A stretch of DNA of 43,746 nt from Nemertoderma westbladi (Eukaryota; Animalia; Xenacoelomorpha), in assembly GCA_032718475.1 (NCBI GenBank), contig JAUCBJ010006012.1, positions 1 through 43,746 on the forward strand. Direction: 5' to 3'. The notes below the pieces were generated by a model that saw only the letters and a program-made list of their open reading frames with translations, was not told where the DNA came from and ran no database searches. Position numbers and translations under genes: made by a program. Shown here piece after piece: positions 9,931-21,589 of this stretch. The stretch's first letter is position 1. Each line of letters starts with the position of its first letter.

Positions 9931-10660
9931 TAATTTTATTCTTTAATGGGGCAATAAATTACAAACTGTTAAATTTTGCCTTTGTTTTGGTAATTCTGAA
10001 GCACGAGCACGAAAACTAACATAGCCATGTAAATGGCGTTTGCTCTGTTGGATAGCCCATTAACTTTTAGGAAAAGTCACGAAAGCTCGGTTTTCCCAAC
10101 AGACCTGACTCAAAGATACAGATGAATTACAAAGAAATTTCTAAAATGACCCCCGCCCCAAGTCCAAATAGGGTTAATAAAAGCTAGAGCGATATATTGT
10201 TACAAAATAAATTGAACTGTCGTATTTTACTATATTGCTTCCATAGTTACTGCGATTTATATTATTGTACTCTTCAACTCCTGACGCTGCTTTACTCAAT
10301 GTTAAAATAATTTAGTGTTCTCGAATATTTATTACGTAACCAGAGAGCCGCTTAGCTACATAAACTAATATTGGATATTGAGTTCCGTTTTGGTGTACGC
10401 CGCGCAGACACTAAAGTTGCAATAACTTTTGAGTGAGTGAATGGAATTTGCTCATATTATTTGCAACCTATTCTACTTCGATGCTTTTTCAACAAAATTT
10501 AATAAAAATTAAATAAATATTCAATAAAATTAAAGTAAATTATAAATGCTATTTTTTTTACTATTTAAGTTACTATTTTTTATATATTACTATATATATT
10601 TTATATATATTACTATATATTTAACTATTATTTTTAACTATTTTTTTACTATTTACTTAT

Positions 10661-11448
10661 TTTTTCTATTTAATGTTACTTTGTTTGCCTAGGGAAAAAA
10701 GTACTCCTTTTTTCTCCCGATATTGGGGTTTATTCGATCGAAAGTAACAATTTAAGAATAAAATATGTATCATTTTTTCTATTTAATGTTACTTTGTTTG
10801 CCTAGGGAAAAAAGTACTCCTTTTTCTCCCGATATTGGGGTTTATTCGATCGAAAGTAACAATTTAAGAATAAAATATGTATCATTTTTTCTATTTAATG
10901 TTACTTTTTTTGCCTAGGGAAAAAAGTACTCCTTTTTCTCCCGATATTGGGGTTTATTCGATCGAAAGTAACAATTTAAGAATAAAATATGTATCATTTT
11001 TTCTATTTAATGTTACTTTGTTTGCCTAGGGAAAAAAGTACTCCTTTTTCTCCCGATATTGGGGTTTATTCGATCGAAAGTAACAATTTAAGAATAAAAT
11101 ATGTATCATTTTTTCTATTTAATGTTACTTTGTTTGCCTAGGGAAAAAAGTACTCCTTTTTCTCCCGATATTGGGGTTTATTCGATCGAAAGTAACAATT
11201 TAAGAATAAAATATGTATCATTTTTTCTATTTAATGTTACTTTTTTTGCCTAGGGAAAACAGTACTCCTTTTTCTCCCGATATTGGGGTTTATTCGATCG
11301 AAAGTAACAATTTAAGAATAAAATATGTATCATTTTTTCTATTTAATGTTACTTTTTTTGCCTAGGGAAAAAAGTACTCCTTTTTCTCCCGATATTGGGG
11401 TTTATTCGATCGAAAGTAACAATTTAAGAATAAAATATATATCATTTC
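10661..11448. repeat. 112-bp tandem repeat, 7 near-identical copies
   Basis: The anchor CCTAGGGAAAA recurs at 10688, 10801, 10913, 11025, 11137, 11249 and 11361. Confidence 0.97.
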
Positions 11449-11659
11449 TTCTTCCAGTCAATTTGTATTTAGAAAATAATAAAACAAATTAGCCGGTATA
11501 ATGGTCCGGATATTCTATGATCTACTATAATATTATAATGGGTCATGATTGAACGAATTTTCCCAATCATTATAACCATAAGTTCAGAAAAAAACTCGTG
11601 ATTTTTCGCAATAATCATTTTAATACTCACCCTCGTCAGTTTTGATTTGTGTGATTTTT

Positions 11660-12175
11660 TGATACCAATATTGGAAAGCTGGCATGCAAGGATTCAAAAT
11701 ATGTAAAAACTTTTCAATTTGATAGTGAAATAGTTGAGACGTAATTTATAATGTTGCATCTACGCATCTGAGCGGGGTAGCTCAGTTGGTTGAGCGCCGG
11801 GCCTGCATTCTATTGGTTGTAGGTTCAGCCCCGCAAGGGTCCACTCAGCCTTTCATCCACTGGAGTCGATAAAATGAGTACCAGTTAAATAACTGGGAGC
11901 AAATCTTGGGATAGGAGTAGCGCCCACCCCTACCCTCGGGTAGCAGCTATCGAAAGAGGAGCCTTTGGGTCGCCTCCGGCTTCGGCCACAAAGCTATTCA
12001 TAAATATATAAAATGTTCCAGAATATGATGTATTTATTAAATATAATAAATTAGCCTCGCGCAGCTGCAAAACCATGCAACATTTGAACGCTCATATATC
12101 AGCTATTTTACAACGAAATTCAAATTTTTTACATATTTGGAATCCTTGAACGGCCAGTTCTCTAACAGTATCTAC
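11660..12175. repeat. Inverted pair of a dispersed repeat (arms about 11660-11770 and 12028-12175) bracketing a SINE; third copy at 37072-37225
   Basis: TTGGAAAGCTGGCATGCAAGGATTCAAAATATGTAAAAA versus TTTTTACATATTTGGAATCCTTGAACGGCCAGTTCTCTAA; 12028-12170 aligns directly with 37075-37220. Confidence 0.7.
11771..12000 (+). mobile_element. tRNA-derived SINE with a Nin/Deu-type conserved central domain
   Basis: Head GGGGTAGCTCAGTTGGTTGAGCG (A box) and GTAGGTTCAGCCCC (B-box-like), then ACTCAGCCTTTCATCC...GTCGATAAAATGAGTACCAG, which I recognise as the Nin/Deu SINE core, then a structured 3' region GCTATCGAAAGAGGAGCCTTTGGGTCGCC. Confidence 0.8.
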
Positions 12176-12296
12176 TATAAGATCACTAATTATAACTTGA
12201 AGAATAACTGCGGTGGAAGTGGTGCAATATCGACGGAGACACTTTTTTCAAACGCTTGTACTGTATCTAAAGATTGAAAGCGAAAATGAAAATTCT

Positions 12297-12357
12297 GGCT
12301 CACCCACTAAGGAGGAGGGAGGTGAAACTATCTCTGTTTCAAATTTCATGCAATATC
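12297..12357. repeat. Dispersed repeat with an inverted copy at 30003-30062
   Basis: GGCTCACCCACTAAGGAGGAGGGAGGTGAAACTATCTCTGTTTCAAATTTCATGCAAT matches the reverse complement of ATTGCATGAAATTTGAAACAGAGATATGGTTTCACCTACCTCCTCCTTACTGGGTGAACC. Confidence 0.75.
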
Positions 12358-13494
12358 ATTAAGATTTGTAGAAAAATTTGGGTCACTGAATTACCACATG
12401 GTGTATTAAATTAGTGTATTATTAATTGCCATGGAAAATGCAATGAAATTGAATATGGCCAAAGGTAAATTACCCTTGTTTTATTGTGTTGGCCTACTGA
12501 ATGACTGATTTCTGTTGGTTCGGTATCTTCTTAAAAAATTCATAACAAGTGAGGTCTCCATTTGGTTCATTTCGACATAAATAGCGATAACATCCCAGCC
12601 AATTTAGTAGAAAATATTTCTATAATTAATCTGATAAGACAGGTTTAAAACTACCGGGGGATCTTGTTAAGTCCGTGTTTTTTTAAACATCACATTTGTG
12701 ATAATAAAATCTGTTTAACTCATGGTCTGGAAGTGCGTATCATCTGCTACCAACAACCACCCAAATGGGTAGGGTGGGATTGCTAATTCTAAAAACTACC
12801 CTAAACTCTGTTCGCTCTACTCAATACAGACGAGAGACAGCCAGCCGCCATATGGAGTAAGTGGACCAGCTCTGGATTAACCACATCTCCTTGCGTCGTG
12901 TGCAGTCGGTTTCCAGCAAATCAACCGCAGACTCAAGATAACAACGACTAGGTTTAATCTTTATATTTTAGGATTTATTGTGTTTTTGTGATAATTCACA
13001 ATGTAATTAGATAATTAGTGAGGAGTTACTTATGTGGTTATGCGGCGTCTGCTGATTGGTCAGGATGTAAACTAAATAATGATTTGTTTTAAGTTATAAA
13101 GATGTATAATACTATACAGTATAGAGACTAGACACCCCGCGATGTGACTGTAAGGAACCACAATATATCTGCATCAGTTGGCTACTGCAATGCTGTGAAA
13201 ACAAGTGAGTTTTATTCCTGTATGTAATAACCTAAACATAGGTATCGCAGTTGCCAGGTTGGACACGAAAATGTAGCCAATTCTTTATAAATAGTTAGTT
13301 ATACTTTGGGTGTACACTTTGGGAGGGTCTAGTCCCAAAGTGTACAGAGTATATATTATGGTGTGGGATGTTCCTAGCGAGAATTGAAAAATTTCATTTT
13401 AGATGAGTTGAGTTTGATTGAGATCCATTATTAGCTATTCAGAGCATCGCATCCCTATCCACCCTGCGAAACTGAATCTGAAACTTTCGGAAAC

Positions 13495-14602
13495 AAAAGT
13501 TTCTCCGTATGAGGGCGTCAGCAATAAGTTGCTGGACACACTCAGAAACATTTGCGCAACAAAAGTTTATGTGTGGGGAGGAGTCAGCAATACGTTGCTG
13601 GACACACTCAGAAACATTGCGCAACAAAAGTTTATGTGTGTGGGGAGGAGTCAGCAATACGTTGCTGGACACACTCAGAAACATTGCGCAACAAAAGTTT
13701 ATGTGTGTGGGGAGGAGTCACCAATACGTTGCTGGACACATTCGAAACATTGCGCAACAAAAGGTTCTGTGTGTGAGGGAGTCAGCAATACGTTGCTGGA
13801 CACACTCAGAAACATTGCGCAACAAAAGTTTATGTGTGTGGGGAGGAGTCAGCAATACGTTGCTGGACACACTCAGAAACATTGCGCAACAAAAGTTTAT
13901 GTGTGTGGGGAGGAGTCACCAATACGTTGCTGGACACATTCGAAACATTGCGCAACAAAAGGTTCTGTGTGTGAGGGAGTCAGCAATACGTTGCTGGACA
14001 CACTCAGAAACATTGCGCAACAAAAGTTTATGTGTGTGGGGAGGAGTCAGCAATACGTTGCTGGACACACTCGGAAACATTGCGCAACAAAAGTTTATGT
14101 GTGTGGGGAGGAGCCAGCAATACGTTGCTGGACACACTCGGAAATATTGCGCAACAAAAGGTTCTGTGTGTGAGGGAGTCAGCAATACGTTGCTGGACAC
14201 ACTCAGAAACATTGCGCAACAAAAGTTTATGTGTGTGGGGAGGAGTCAGCAATACGTTGCTGGACACACTCAGAAACATTGCGCAACAAAAGTTTATGTG
14301 TGTGGGGAGGAGTCACCAATACGTTGCTGGACACACTCGGAAACATTGCGCAACAAAAGTTTATGTGTGTGGGGAGGAGCCAGCAATACGTTGCTGGACA
14401 CACTCGGAAATATTGCGCAACAAAAGGTTCTGTGTGTGAGGGAGTCAGCAATACGTTGCTGGACACACTCAGAAACATTGCGCAACAAAAGTTTATGTGT
14501 GTGGGGAGGAGTCATCAATACGTTGCTGGACACACTCAGAAACATTGCGCAACAAAAGTTTATGTGTGTGGGGAGGAGCCAGCAATACGTTGCTGGACAC
14601 TC
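13495..14602. repeat. About 64-67-bp satellite, left block (about 16 units, about 198-bp trimeric higher-order repeat)
   Basis: Unit GTCAGCAATACGTTGCTGGACACACTCAGAAACATTGCGCAACAAAAGTTTATGTGTGTGGGGAGGA; the 66-aa periodicity of ORF 13509-14669 reflects the trimer. Confidence 0.97.
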
Positions 14603-16384
14603 GGGTACTCGGTTTTTTTTAACTTCAGAGACAGTCGATTGTCGGCCAGCCATTCAGATATTTTGTTGAGTTCACTATTTGAAGATTCAATTAATAATTC
14701 AATATTGGAATCGTTATGCAGCAAGGTGTTGTCATCTGCAAAAAGGGTTGTCATAAATTTGGATACTAACGGCAGGTCATTTATATATAGTAAAAATAAT
14801 AACGGCGAAAACACCGATCCTTGTACAGTACCACATTTTAAAGATAGTGGGTCAGAAATTGTATCATTTATCACTACGACCTGCTTACGTTTAGTTAGAA
14901 AGCTTTTTATTAACGCATTAGGAGTTCCACGAATACCATAATTTTCGAGTTTTTTAATTAATATACTGTGGTCCAGCGTATCAAACGCCTTTTTCAGGTC
15001 AATGTATATCGCGCAGCTGGTTTCTTTCGAATCAAGAAAAGTACGAATTTTCTCAGTCACAGTTAAAATAGCGCAGTAAGTTGAAACTTTCTTTCGAAAT
15101 CCAAACTGGCATTTGGTGAGAATTGAAAAGTAATCCAGGTAAGAAATAAGCTGGTCGTAGAGTATTTTTTCGTACAATTTTGTGAACACAGGCAAAATGG
15201 ATATGGGCCGGTAGTTATTGGCATCAAGAGGCTCACCCCCTTTGTAGCTTGCAATAACCTTAGACATCTTCAAACTAGCAGGGAATTCACCTGTAGTAAC
15301 ATATAAGTTTATTAAGTACGTTAAGTGACGCGCTAATGGCTCCGCAACCAACTTAATAAGCGCGACAGGGAATGAATCGTTTGTTGAAGTATTGGGATTT
15401 AGTTGAAGGAGGTTGTAGTGCGTTTCAGCTACAGATGTTTCAATGAGGCAAAAAGAATTTACTCGAGATTTCATATGTCTAGTGGGGTTGCGATTTGAGC
15501 GGGGTATTAGATTCGCCAGTTTAGATCCAATGGAAGAGAAGTGGGAATTTAGTTGCGCTGCTGTCTCTGATGTATTTACTGTGGTTTTAAACCCGTCTCT
15601 CGTCTGGTAATTAATTTTCAATGGGGCCGAAGTTTTTTTTCCCTTATTCATAGCAGAGTTAATTACCTTCCATGTATTCGCCATATTTCCCTTAGCGTTA
15701 TCAAATTGCAAGGAAAAGTTTGATTTCTCAGCTGCTTGCAAGGTCGAGGTTAGCACATTTTTATACCGTTTGTATTGTGAAACATTTTCATTGGACGGTT
15801 TTTTTAATTGTTTAATATATAATTTGTTTTTTTTCACAATGCACTTAAGTAACTTTTCATTTAGCCATGGTTTTTTTGGCAAATTCTTTTTATGTATTAT
15901 TTTCTTTGGTAAATGTTTGTTGCATAACCCTTCAAAATAGTTATAAAAAGTGTCAAATTTTATTTTAGATGGCACATGCTGAGACATGTAAGATGAAAAC
16001 GATGGAGATAAGAAATCTGCTATAAAGTCTGCCTTTTTAAAATTTGAGTAGTCATACGAGAGTCTAGTAAGTGGATCTTCAAAAAAAACGGAATAATTAT
16101 ATGAAAATTGACAAAGGTGGCTAAGTGGTCAGTCGTCCCCAACTCAGCCAAACATACCCCGGACGTATTTATGGAGGTACATATATTTGTTAAAATATGA
16201 TCCAGTATTGAATCTGCACCAAAAACAATTCGGGTCGCTTGTTTAATGAGTTGAGAAAACCCATAGGAATGCACTAGTTGTTGGTACTGTCTGGTTTGTG
16301 ATGTATTTTTCTTTACATTAACGTTAAAATCCCCCGTAATAACTACATCACAATGAAGTGAGGATAACATAAAAGTAAAAAGAA
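14603..16384 (-). mobile_element. Internal fragment of a CR1-group (Crack/L2/Daphne-like) LINE ORF2: C-terminal APE endonuclease plus reverse transcriptase, truncated at both ends, one frameshift
   Basis: EN motifs VITGDFN, SILDHILTN, TDHLATF; linker KPWLN, TWKVIN; RT motifs NYRPISILP, QFGFR, IDLKKAFDTLDH..L..KL..YGIRG, GTVQGSVFSPLLFLLYINDLP, LFADD, WLADNRLSL..KKTEY. The two ORFs join if the frame shifts near the A8 run at 16081-16088. Confidence 0.92.
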
Positions 16385-17920
16385 CAAAGGTTTCTGTGTG
16401 TGGGGGGAGTCAGCAATAAGTTGCTGGACACACTCGGAAACATTGCGAAACAAAAGTTTCTGCGGGGAGTCTGCAATAAGTTGCTGGACACACTCAGAAA
16501 CATTGCGCAACAAAAGTTTCTGTGTGTGGGGGGAGTCAGCAATAAGTTGCTGGACACACTCAGAAACATTGCGCAACAAAAGTTTATGTGTGTGGGGGGA
16601 GTCAGCAATAAGTTGCTGGACACACTCGGAAACATTGCGAAACAAAAGTTTCTGTGAGGAGTCTGCAATAAGTTGCTGGACACACTCAGAAACATTGCGC
16701 AACAAAAGTTTATGTGTGTGGGGGGAGTCAGCAATAAGTTGCTGGACACACTCGGAAACATTGCGAAACAAAAGTTTCTGTGGGGAGTCTGCAATAAGTT
16801 GCTGGACACACTCAGAAACATTGTGCAACAAAAGTTTCTGTGTGTGGGGGGAGTCAGCAATAAGTTGCTGGACACACTCAGAAACATTTCGCAACAAAAG
16901 TTTATGTGTGTGGGGGGAGTCAGCAATAAGTTGCTGGACACACTCGGAAACATTGCGAAACAAAAGTTTCTGTGGGGAGTCTGCAATAAGTTGCTGGACA
17001 CACTCAGAAACATTGCGCAACAAAAGTTTCTGTGTGTGGGGGGAGTCAGCAATAAGTTGCTGGACACACTCAGAAACATTGCGCAACAAAAGTTTCTGTG
17101 TGTGGGGGAGTCTGCAATAAGTTGCTGGACACACTCAGAAACATTGAGCAACATAAGTTTCTGTGTGGGGAGGAGTCAGCAATACGTTGCTGGACACACT
17201 CAGAAACATTGTGCAACAAACGTTTATGTGTGTGGGGGAGTCAGCAATAAGTTGCTGGACACACTCAGAAACATTGCGAAACAAAAGTTTCTGTCTGTGG
17301 GGGAGTCAGCAATACGTTGCTGGACACACTCGGAAACATTGCGAAACAAAAGTTTCTGTGGGGAGTCTGCAATAAGTTGCTGGACACACTCAGAAACATT
17401 GCGCAACAAAAATTTCTGTGTGTGGGGGGAGTCAGCAATAAGTTGCTGGACACACTCAGAAACATTGCGCAACAAAAGTGTCTGTGTGTGGCGGGAGTCA
17501 GCAATAAGTTGCTGGACACACTCGGAAACATTGCGAAACAAAAGTTTCTGTGGGGAGTCTGCAATAAGTTGCTGGACACACTCAGAAACATTGCGCAACA
17601 AAAGTTTCTGTGTGTGGGGGGAGTCAGCAATAAGTTGCTGGACACACTCAGAAACATTGCGCAACAAAAGTTTATGTGTGTGGGGAGGAGTCAGCAATAC
17701 GTTGCTGGACACACTCGGAAATATTGCGCAACAAAAGTTTCTGTGTGTGGGGGGAGTCAGCAATAAGTTGCTGGACACACTCGAAACATTGCGTTGCAAA
17801 AGGTACTGTGTGTGAGGGAGTCAGCAATACGTTGCTGGACACACTCTAGATGTGAGGGTGTCAGCAATACGTTGCTGGACACACTCGGAAATATTGCGCA
17901 ACAAAAGGTTCTGTGTGTGA
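16385..17920. repeat. About 60-67-bp satellite, right block (about 24 units, about 192-bp trimeric higher-order repeat)
   Basis: Same family as the left block but mostly CAGCAATAAGTTGCTG; 66+66+60-bp unit pattern (64-aa periodicity in ORF 16673-17815). Confidence 0.97.
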
Positions 17921-18089
17921 TGGAGTATATTGCAAAATTATTGCAATATTATTATTGCAAAAATATTGCAATATAGTGCCGACCCATTGTTGTTATTATG
18001 TTGCCAATATCTGGATTGGTTTCCCTCCGTCGTGGCCGCTTTCTTTATTTCTAAAATTCTCCAGTAGCTTTGTTCGCTACGGTAACACG

Positions 18090-18226
18090 TATTACAAGGG
18101 AAAAAAGACGTCGAACATTTATTTTCAATATTCCCTCGACCCTTATTAACCTCGCTGGCGCTCGGTAAATAAAATGCCTCGGGAATAGTGAAAAAAGTTA
18201 CACTTTCTCTTTTCTTGTGATAAATA
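18090..18226. mobile_element. Short palindromic MITE-like element
   Basis: Arms TATTACAAG/CTTGTGATA, TTTTCAATATTCCC/GGGAATAGTGAAAA and TTATTAACC/GGTAAATAA surround a central TCGCTGGCGCTC; homologous to 9830-9930. Confidence 0.65.
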
Positions 18227-18352
18227 ATTATTACTGAACATTTTTAATGATAAATTTACTAATAAATACCAACGTAATTACTGATCTAGAATAAATATTG
18301 CGAATTCAAAAAAATAAAAATAATATTAATATTAATAATATTTATTAATTAA

Positions 18353-19099
18353 GGTTGTATGGTACCCTAGGTTTTCTTAATGTTTTACTATTAAATAAAA
18401 TGTACCTTTCAGGGAGAACTCGTAAATAAAATTTCCTGAAATTTTGCAGGTCGCTCTATCAACCACTCGGACAAGAGCAAGAATAGAAAAAATTAAAAAT
18501 TAAAAAAAAACCCGATTTTTGACCAAAAATCGAATTTTCAACATGTTTTATTAAGAACTTCTTAATTAAGAAAGCATCCAACCAAACAAATTCGAGTCAT
18601 GCATAGGCCTATCGTTGTTGTGAACATTTTTCCTGAAAATTTTATGAGATTTCATCCAGTAATTCCTCAGAAAAGTGTACCTTTGTGTCTAAAAAACACA
18701 AAAAATTACTTTTCGAGAAAAAGACATTCAAAGTTTTCAAATCTTCCCGCCAGTTTTTTATAAAATACGAGGGATTATTCAAACTGGTTGTAAAAAATAA
18801 ATAAGTACACCACCTACCTAAAAATTCCGATATAGGGGTGTTCCTGGTCGGTGATTTCATTTCAGATGTCAGTTTTTGAGTTTGACCAAATCTAGACTGT
18901 CTGTCTGTCGGTTTGTCTGTCTGTTAGTTTTGGCTAACTTTTCAGACAGACCGACCGACAGACATTTGGGTATCTTAGGCTTATCCTATGCCTATAAAAA
19001 CCCGATTTTATAATCTTCGAAAAATTTTGATCTTAAATAATCGAAAAAAAAATTTCAATGAATTTTTTTTTTCAAATATTGTTAGGGTACCCTACAACC
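18353..19099. mobile_element. Kolobok-like non-autonomous DNA transposon (747 bp)
   Basis: TIRs GGTTGTATGGTACCCTA and TAGGGTACCCTACAACC (16/17 match); TTAA on both sides (18349-18352, 19100-19103). GG...CC termini with a TTAA TSD fit Kolobok (RR...YY) rather than piggyBac (CC...GG). Confidence 0.8.
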
Positions 19100-19109
19100 T
19101 TAATAATCC

Positions 19110-19800
19110 GACGTATTCTTTGTGCCTTTCAAATCCTGGATAGCCAATTTAATGCTACCCATGCCTGCCCCTTTTGGAACTGAAACAGTCTTATTCGTTT
19201 TCATTTCTGGTGGGACTCTCTTGGTTCTGTACATGTCTATCACAATTGGGTGAATGAGCTCGAAACACTCTGGTATTTAAAAGACCTCAGTGGTGACACC
19301 ATGTACTACATTGGCACAGTCTTGTCTTCAGCAAAAGAAGATGTAGCCAAGATGTAGTGAGTACCAACTCAGACAGGAGACAGACGATGTATCACAAAGT
19401 TATCAGGCAATGTCCTATCATTATCTAGGAGCTGTTCAAAGTGGGCATTGAGGCTATCCGCTGGTGCGCTGGAGATTCAGCCTTATCCTCTGGCCTTTCC
19501 TTCCTGTCGGCAAGTTGGATGATTTCCTTTCCTGGGCTGATCGACTGTAAATCGGAGATTTTCCAAGATGCCACTAATCGTGGTTTCAGTGGTTGTAGTC
19601 GATCTTCCTACCCGTGTGATTCGTTTTCCAGCCTTTGATCGGGAGTCCTATTGTATCGGGATAAAACACTGTGGGATGAATCCAGTCGAGGAGGGTTTGA
19701 TGTAGATAGCGTGATGATCGTCTTGAAACGTTATTGAATGATATGAGGGCAGTTGCACACAATGAATGAAACCAGTTCACGAGAATGATATGGTCTGATA
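19110..19800 (-). mobile_element. Decayed RTE-type LINE remnant with internal deletion
   Basis: Minus-strand peptides LNAHFEQLLDN (linker) and KGQAWVALNWLSRI*KA; the latter matches the 21100-21150 copy at DNA level. Confidence 0.5.
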
Positions 19801-20169
19801 TAACTAATCAAATCATAATCAAGAATAACGTAACCTTCACAAACGAACTAAATCTCGGCATATAGTCATCAAACTCAATACAACATAATAATATAGTAAC
19901 AATAAGGCCCTACTAACCTTAATTGATAATTAATTAATTAATGCTCATTTCCTTAATAATCTTATGCCACACAAAGGTACACTTTCTGTCTACACCGCTC
20001 AATTTATTGAACTCTGATAGACCAGCTGCTATCCAGAAAATGTAGAACCAAAAAAACTCGAAAAATAGGACCATTTTTTGAATATTACTTGTTTTAAAAA
20101 AATAATTATATAAATAATAAAATAAATAAACATCAAGGTGACAAACAATCTGACAAGTTAGAGGTTCCG

Positions 20170-20440
20170 CGGGTAGACAGCATTTATGTTGAGAATCTGT
20201 CAAAATTTTATAAAATTTAATCTGGTAGTTCCTGAGAAAAATAAATTTACCTTTTGTGTAAAAAAAAAACACGATAAAAAGTACCTACTTTTAGAGAAAA
20301 AGGCCATTCAAATATTTCAAATCTTCACGCCAAGTTTCTCTGTTTAGATATTTCAAATATGTGCCAACAATTTCACAATGAAAGCGTACCACCTTTCAAT
20401 AAATCTCGCTGTAGGGGTTTTCAGTGTCGCTGATCCTGTT
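20170..20440. mobile_element. Partial diverged copy of the interior of the Kolobok-like MITE
   Basis: ACTTTTAGAGAAAAAGGCCATTCAAATATTTCAAATCTTCACGCCA versus ACTTTTCGAGAAAAAGACATTCAAAGTTTTCAAATCTTCCCGCCA at about 18708-18753; GTACCACC...TAGGGGT is also shared. Confidence 0.65.
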
Positions 20441-20639
20441 TGTTATCTAGAACACAACACCTAAAACGCAACAAACTGTTAATATTATCCCGTACGTGAA
20501 CATACAGTAGTTGGTAGGTATTGTATACAGCGAGAATCAATCGAATGATACAAAAAGGGCAGAATTTTAGTAAGCCAATATATTTCAGGCTCCCTAACGG
20601 GTCATACGCCGCGCTGATTTATATCTCATGTTAACACGT

Positions 20640-21190
20640 TTGGCTGTGATAATAAAATTTGATGGTGTAAATTATCGAAGTCTTCTAAAAGCGCGAACAC
20701 ATACAGACAACTATGTCTTGTGTTACGACTGTAAGGTTTCGATTTCTGTAATCTACAAAAAATGAAGGGCATGAAAGTCATAGGCTGTCCACCATGCTTA
20801 TTCACTCTATTAGGCAGCCAAAGCACAAGATTGTGCATAGGTTGGTCCTCCGGGCGAAAGCAATGTCCTGCAAAGTGGAAGCGACTCCGGCCGAGTGTCG
20901 AGCTTAGAATGAAAATCCGCCAATGTTGTATGGAGTCGGATTGGAGATGTGATCGTTGTACTTAGTATACCGGTAGTGAACCCGGCGTAACATTCTTGTA
21001 TATCTGCCACCCTCTGTAGTTCGAGCCCAGCATGGATTCCCATATCAGAGCCTGGTTCTACTGCTGCCCTATATAATCGAACCTTGTGATTCCGTTTTAT
21101 TCTATGGGACTTCCAAATCCTGGAAAGTCCATTCAATGCTGCCCATGCCTTTCTCGTACGTATACGATGCTCGTTAGACTCTTGTGCGAA
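20640..21190 (-). mobile_element. RTE-type LINE 3' remnant
   Basis: RKAWAALNGLSRIWKS..IKRNHKVRLYRAAVE and HNLVLWLPNRVNKHGGQPMTF, typical of the post-RT C-terminus of RTE-like ORF2; frameshifted. Confidence 0.75.
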
Positions 21191-21589
21191 CGACTTAACC
21201 CTCTATCACGTTAGACTACAAATATGCTACAAATACCTTTCTTACATTAATTCTTCCCACTTTTATAAGAAGCGAAACAATTGCACGTAAAAATTACAAT
21301 GCCACCTAGTGTACACTAATAGAATCAATGCTTTAAATCTTGCAACCACTGATTCCACTTATATAAAAATTTAGAACGTGTTTGATAAGCAAGTAATGCT
21401 ATAATATTGGGACTTTATTCAAAAAAAAAATATTGCAGGGTTATTATACCATCGAATAGCATTCATATTAAAATATTAAAAATAATATTATATTTTTCAC
21501 TCACTAGATGCCAAAATGTAATTGTAGCACATGTGCTACTCTACTGTGTATGTAAATTCGATTATCAGAATCAGGTAAAATGGTGGAAC

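Noticed and set aside
10040-10177. Possible piggyBac-like right end (...CCAAATAGGG-TTAA)
   Set aside because: No matching left TIR found, so an element cannot be delimited.
13495-17920. CRISPR-like array with an adjacent RT
   Set aside because: No unique spacers and no cas genes; the RT is a eukaryotic LINE type and the context is animal.
13517-17920. Satellite-encoded hammerhead ribozyme
   Set aside because: No CUGANGA core with a properly placed GAAA on either strand of the monomer.
13418-17976. Many overlapping Cys-rich repetitive ORFs on both strands
   Set aside because: Translations of the satellite, open in several frames at once; only the LINE EN/RT portion is protein-like.
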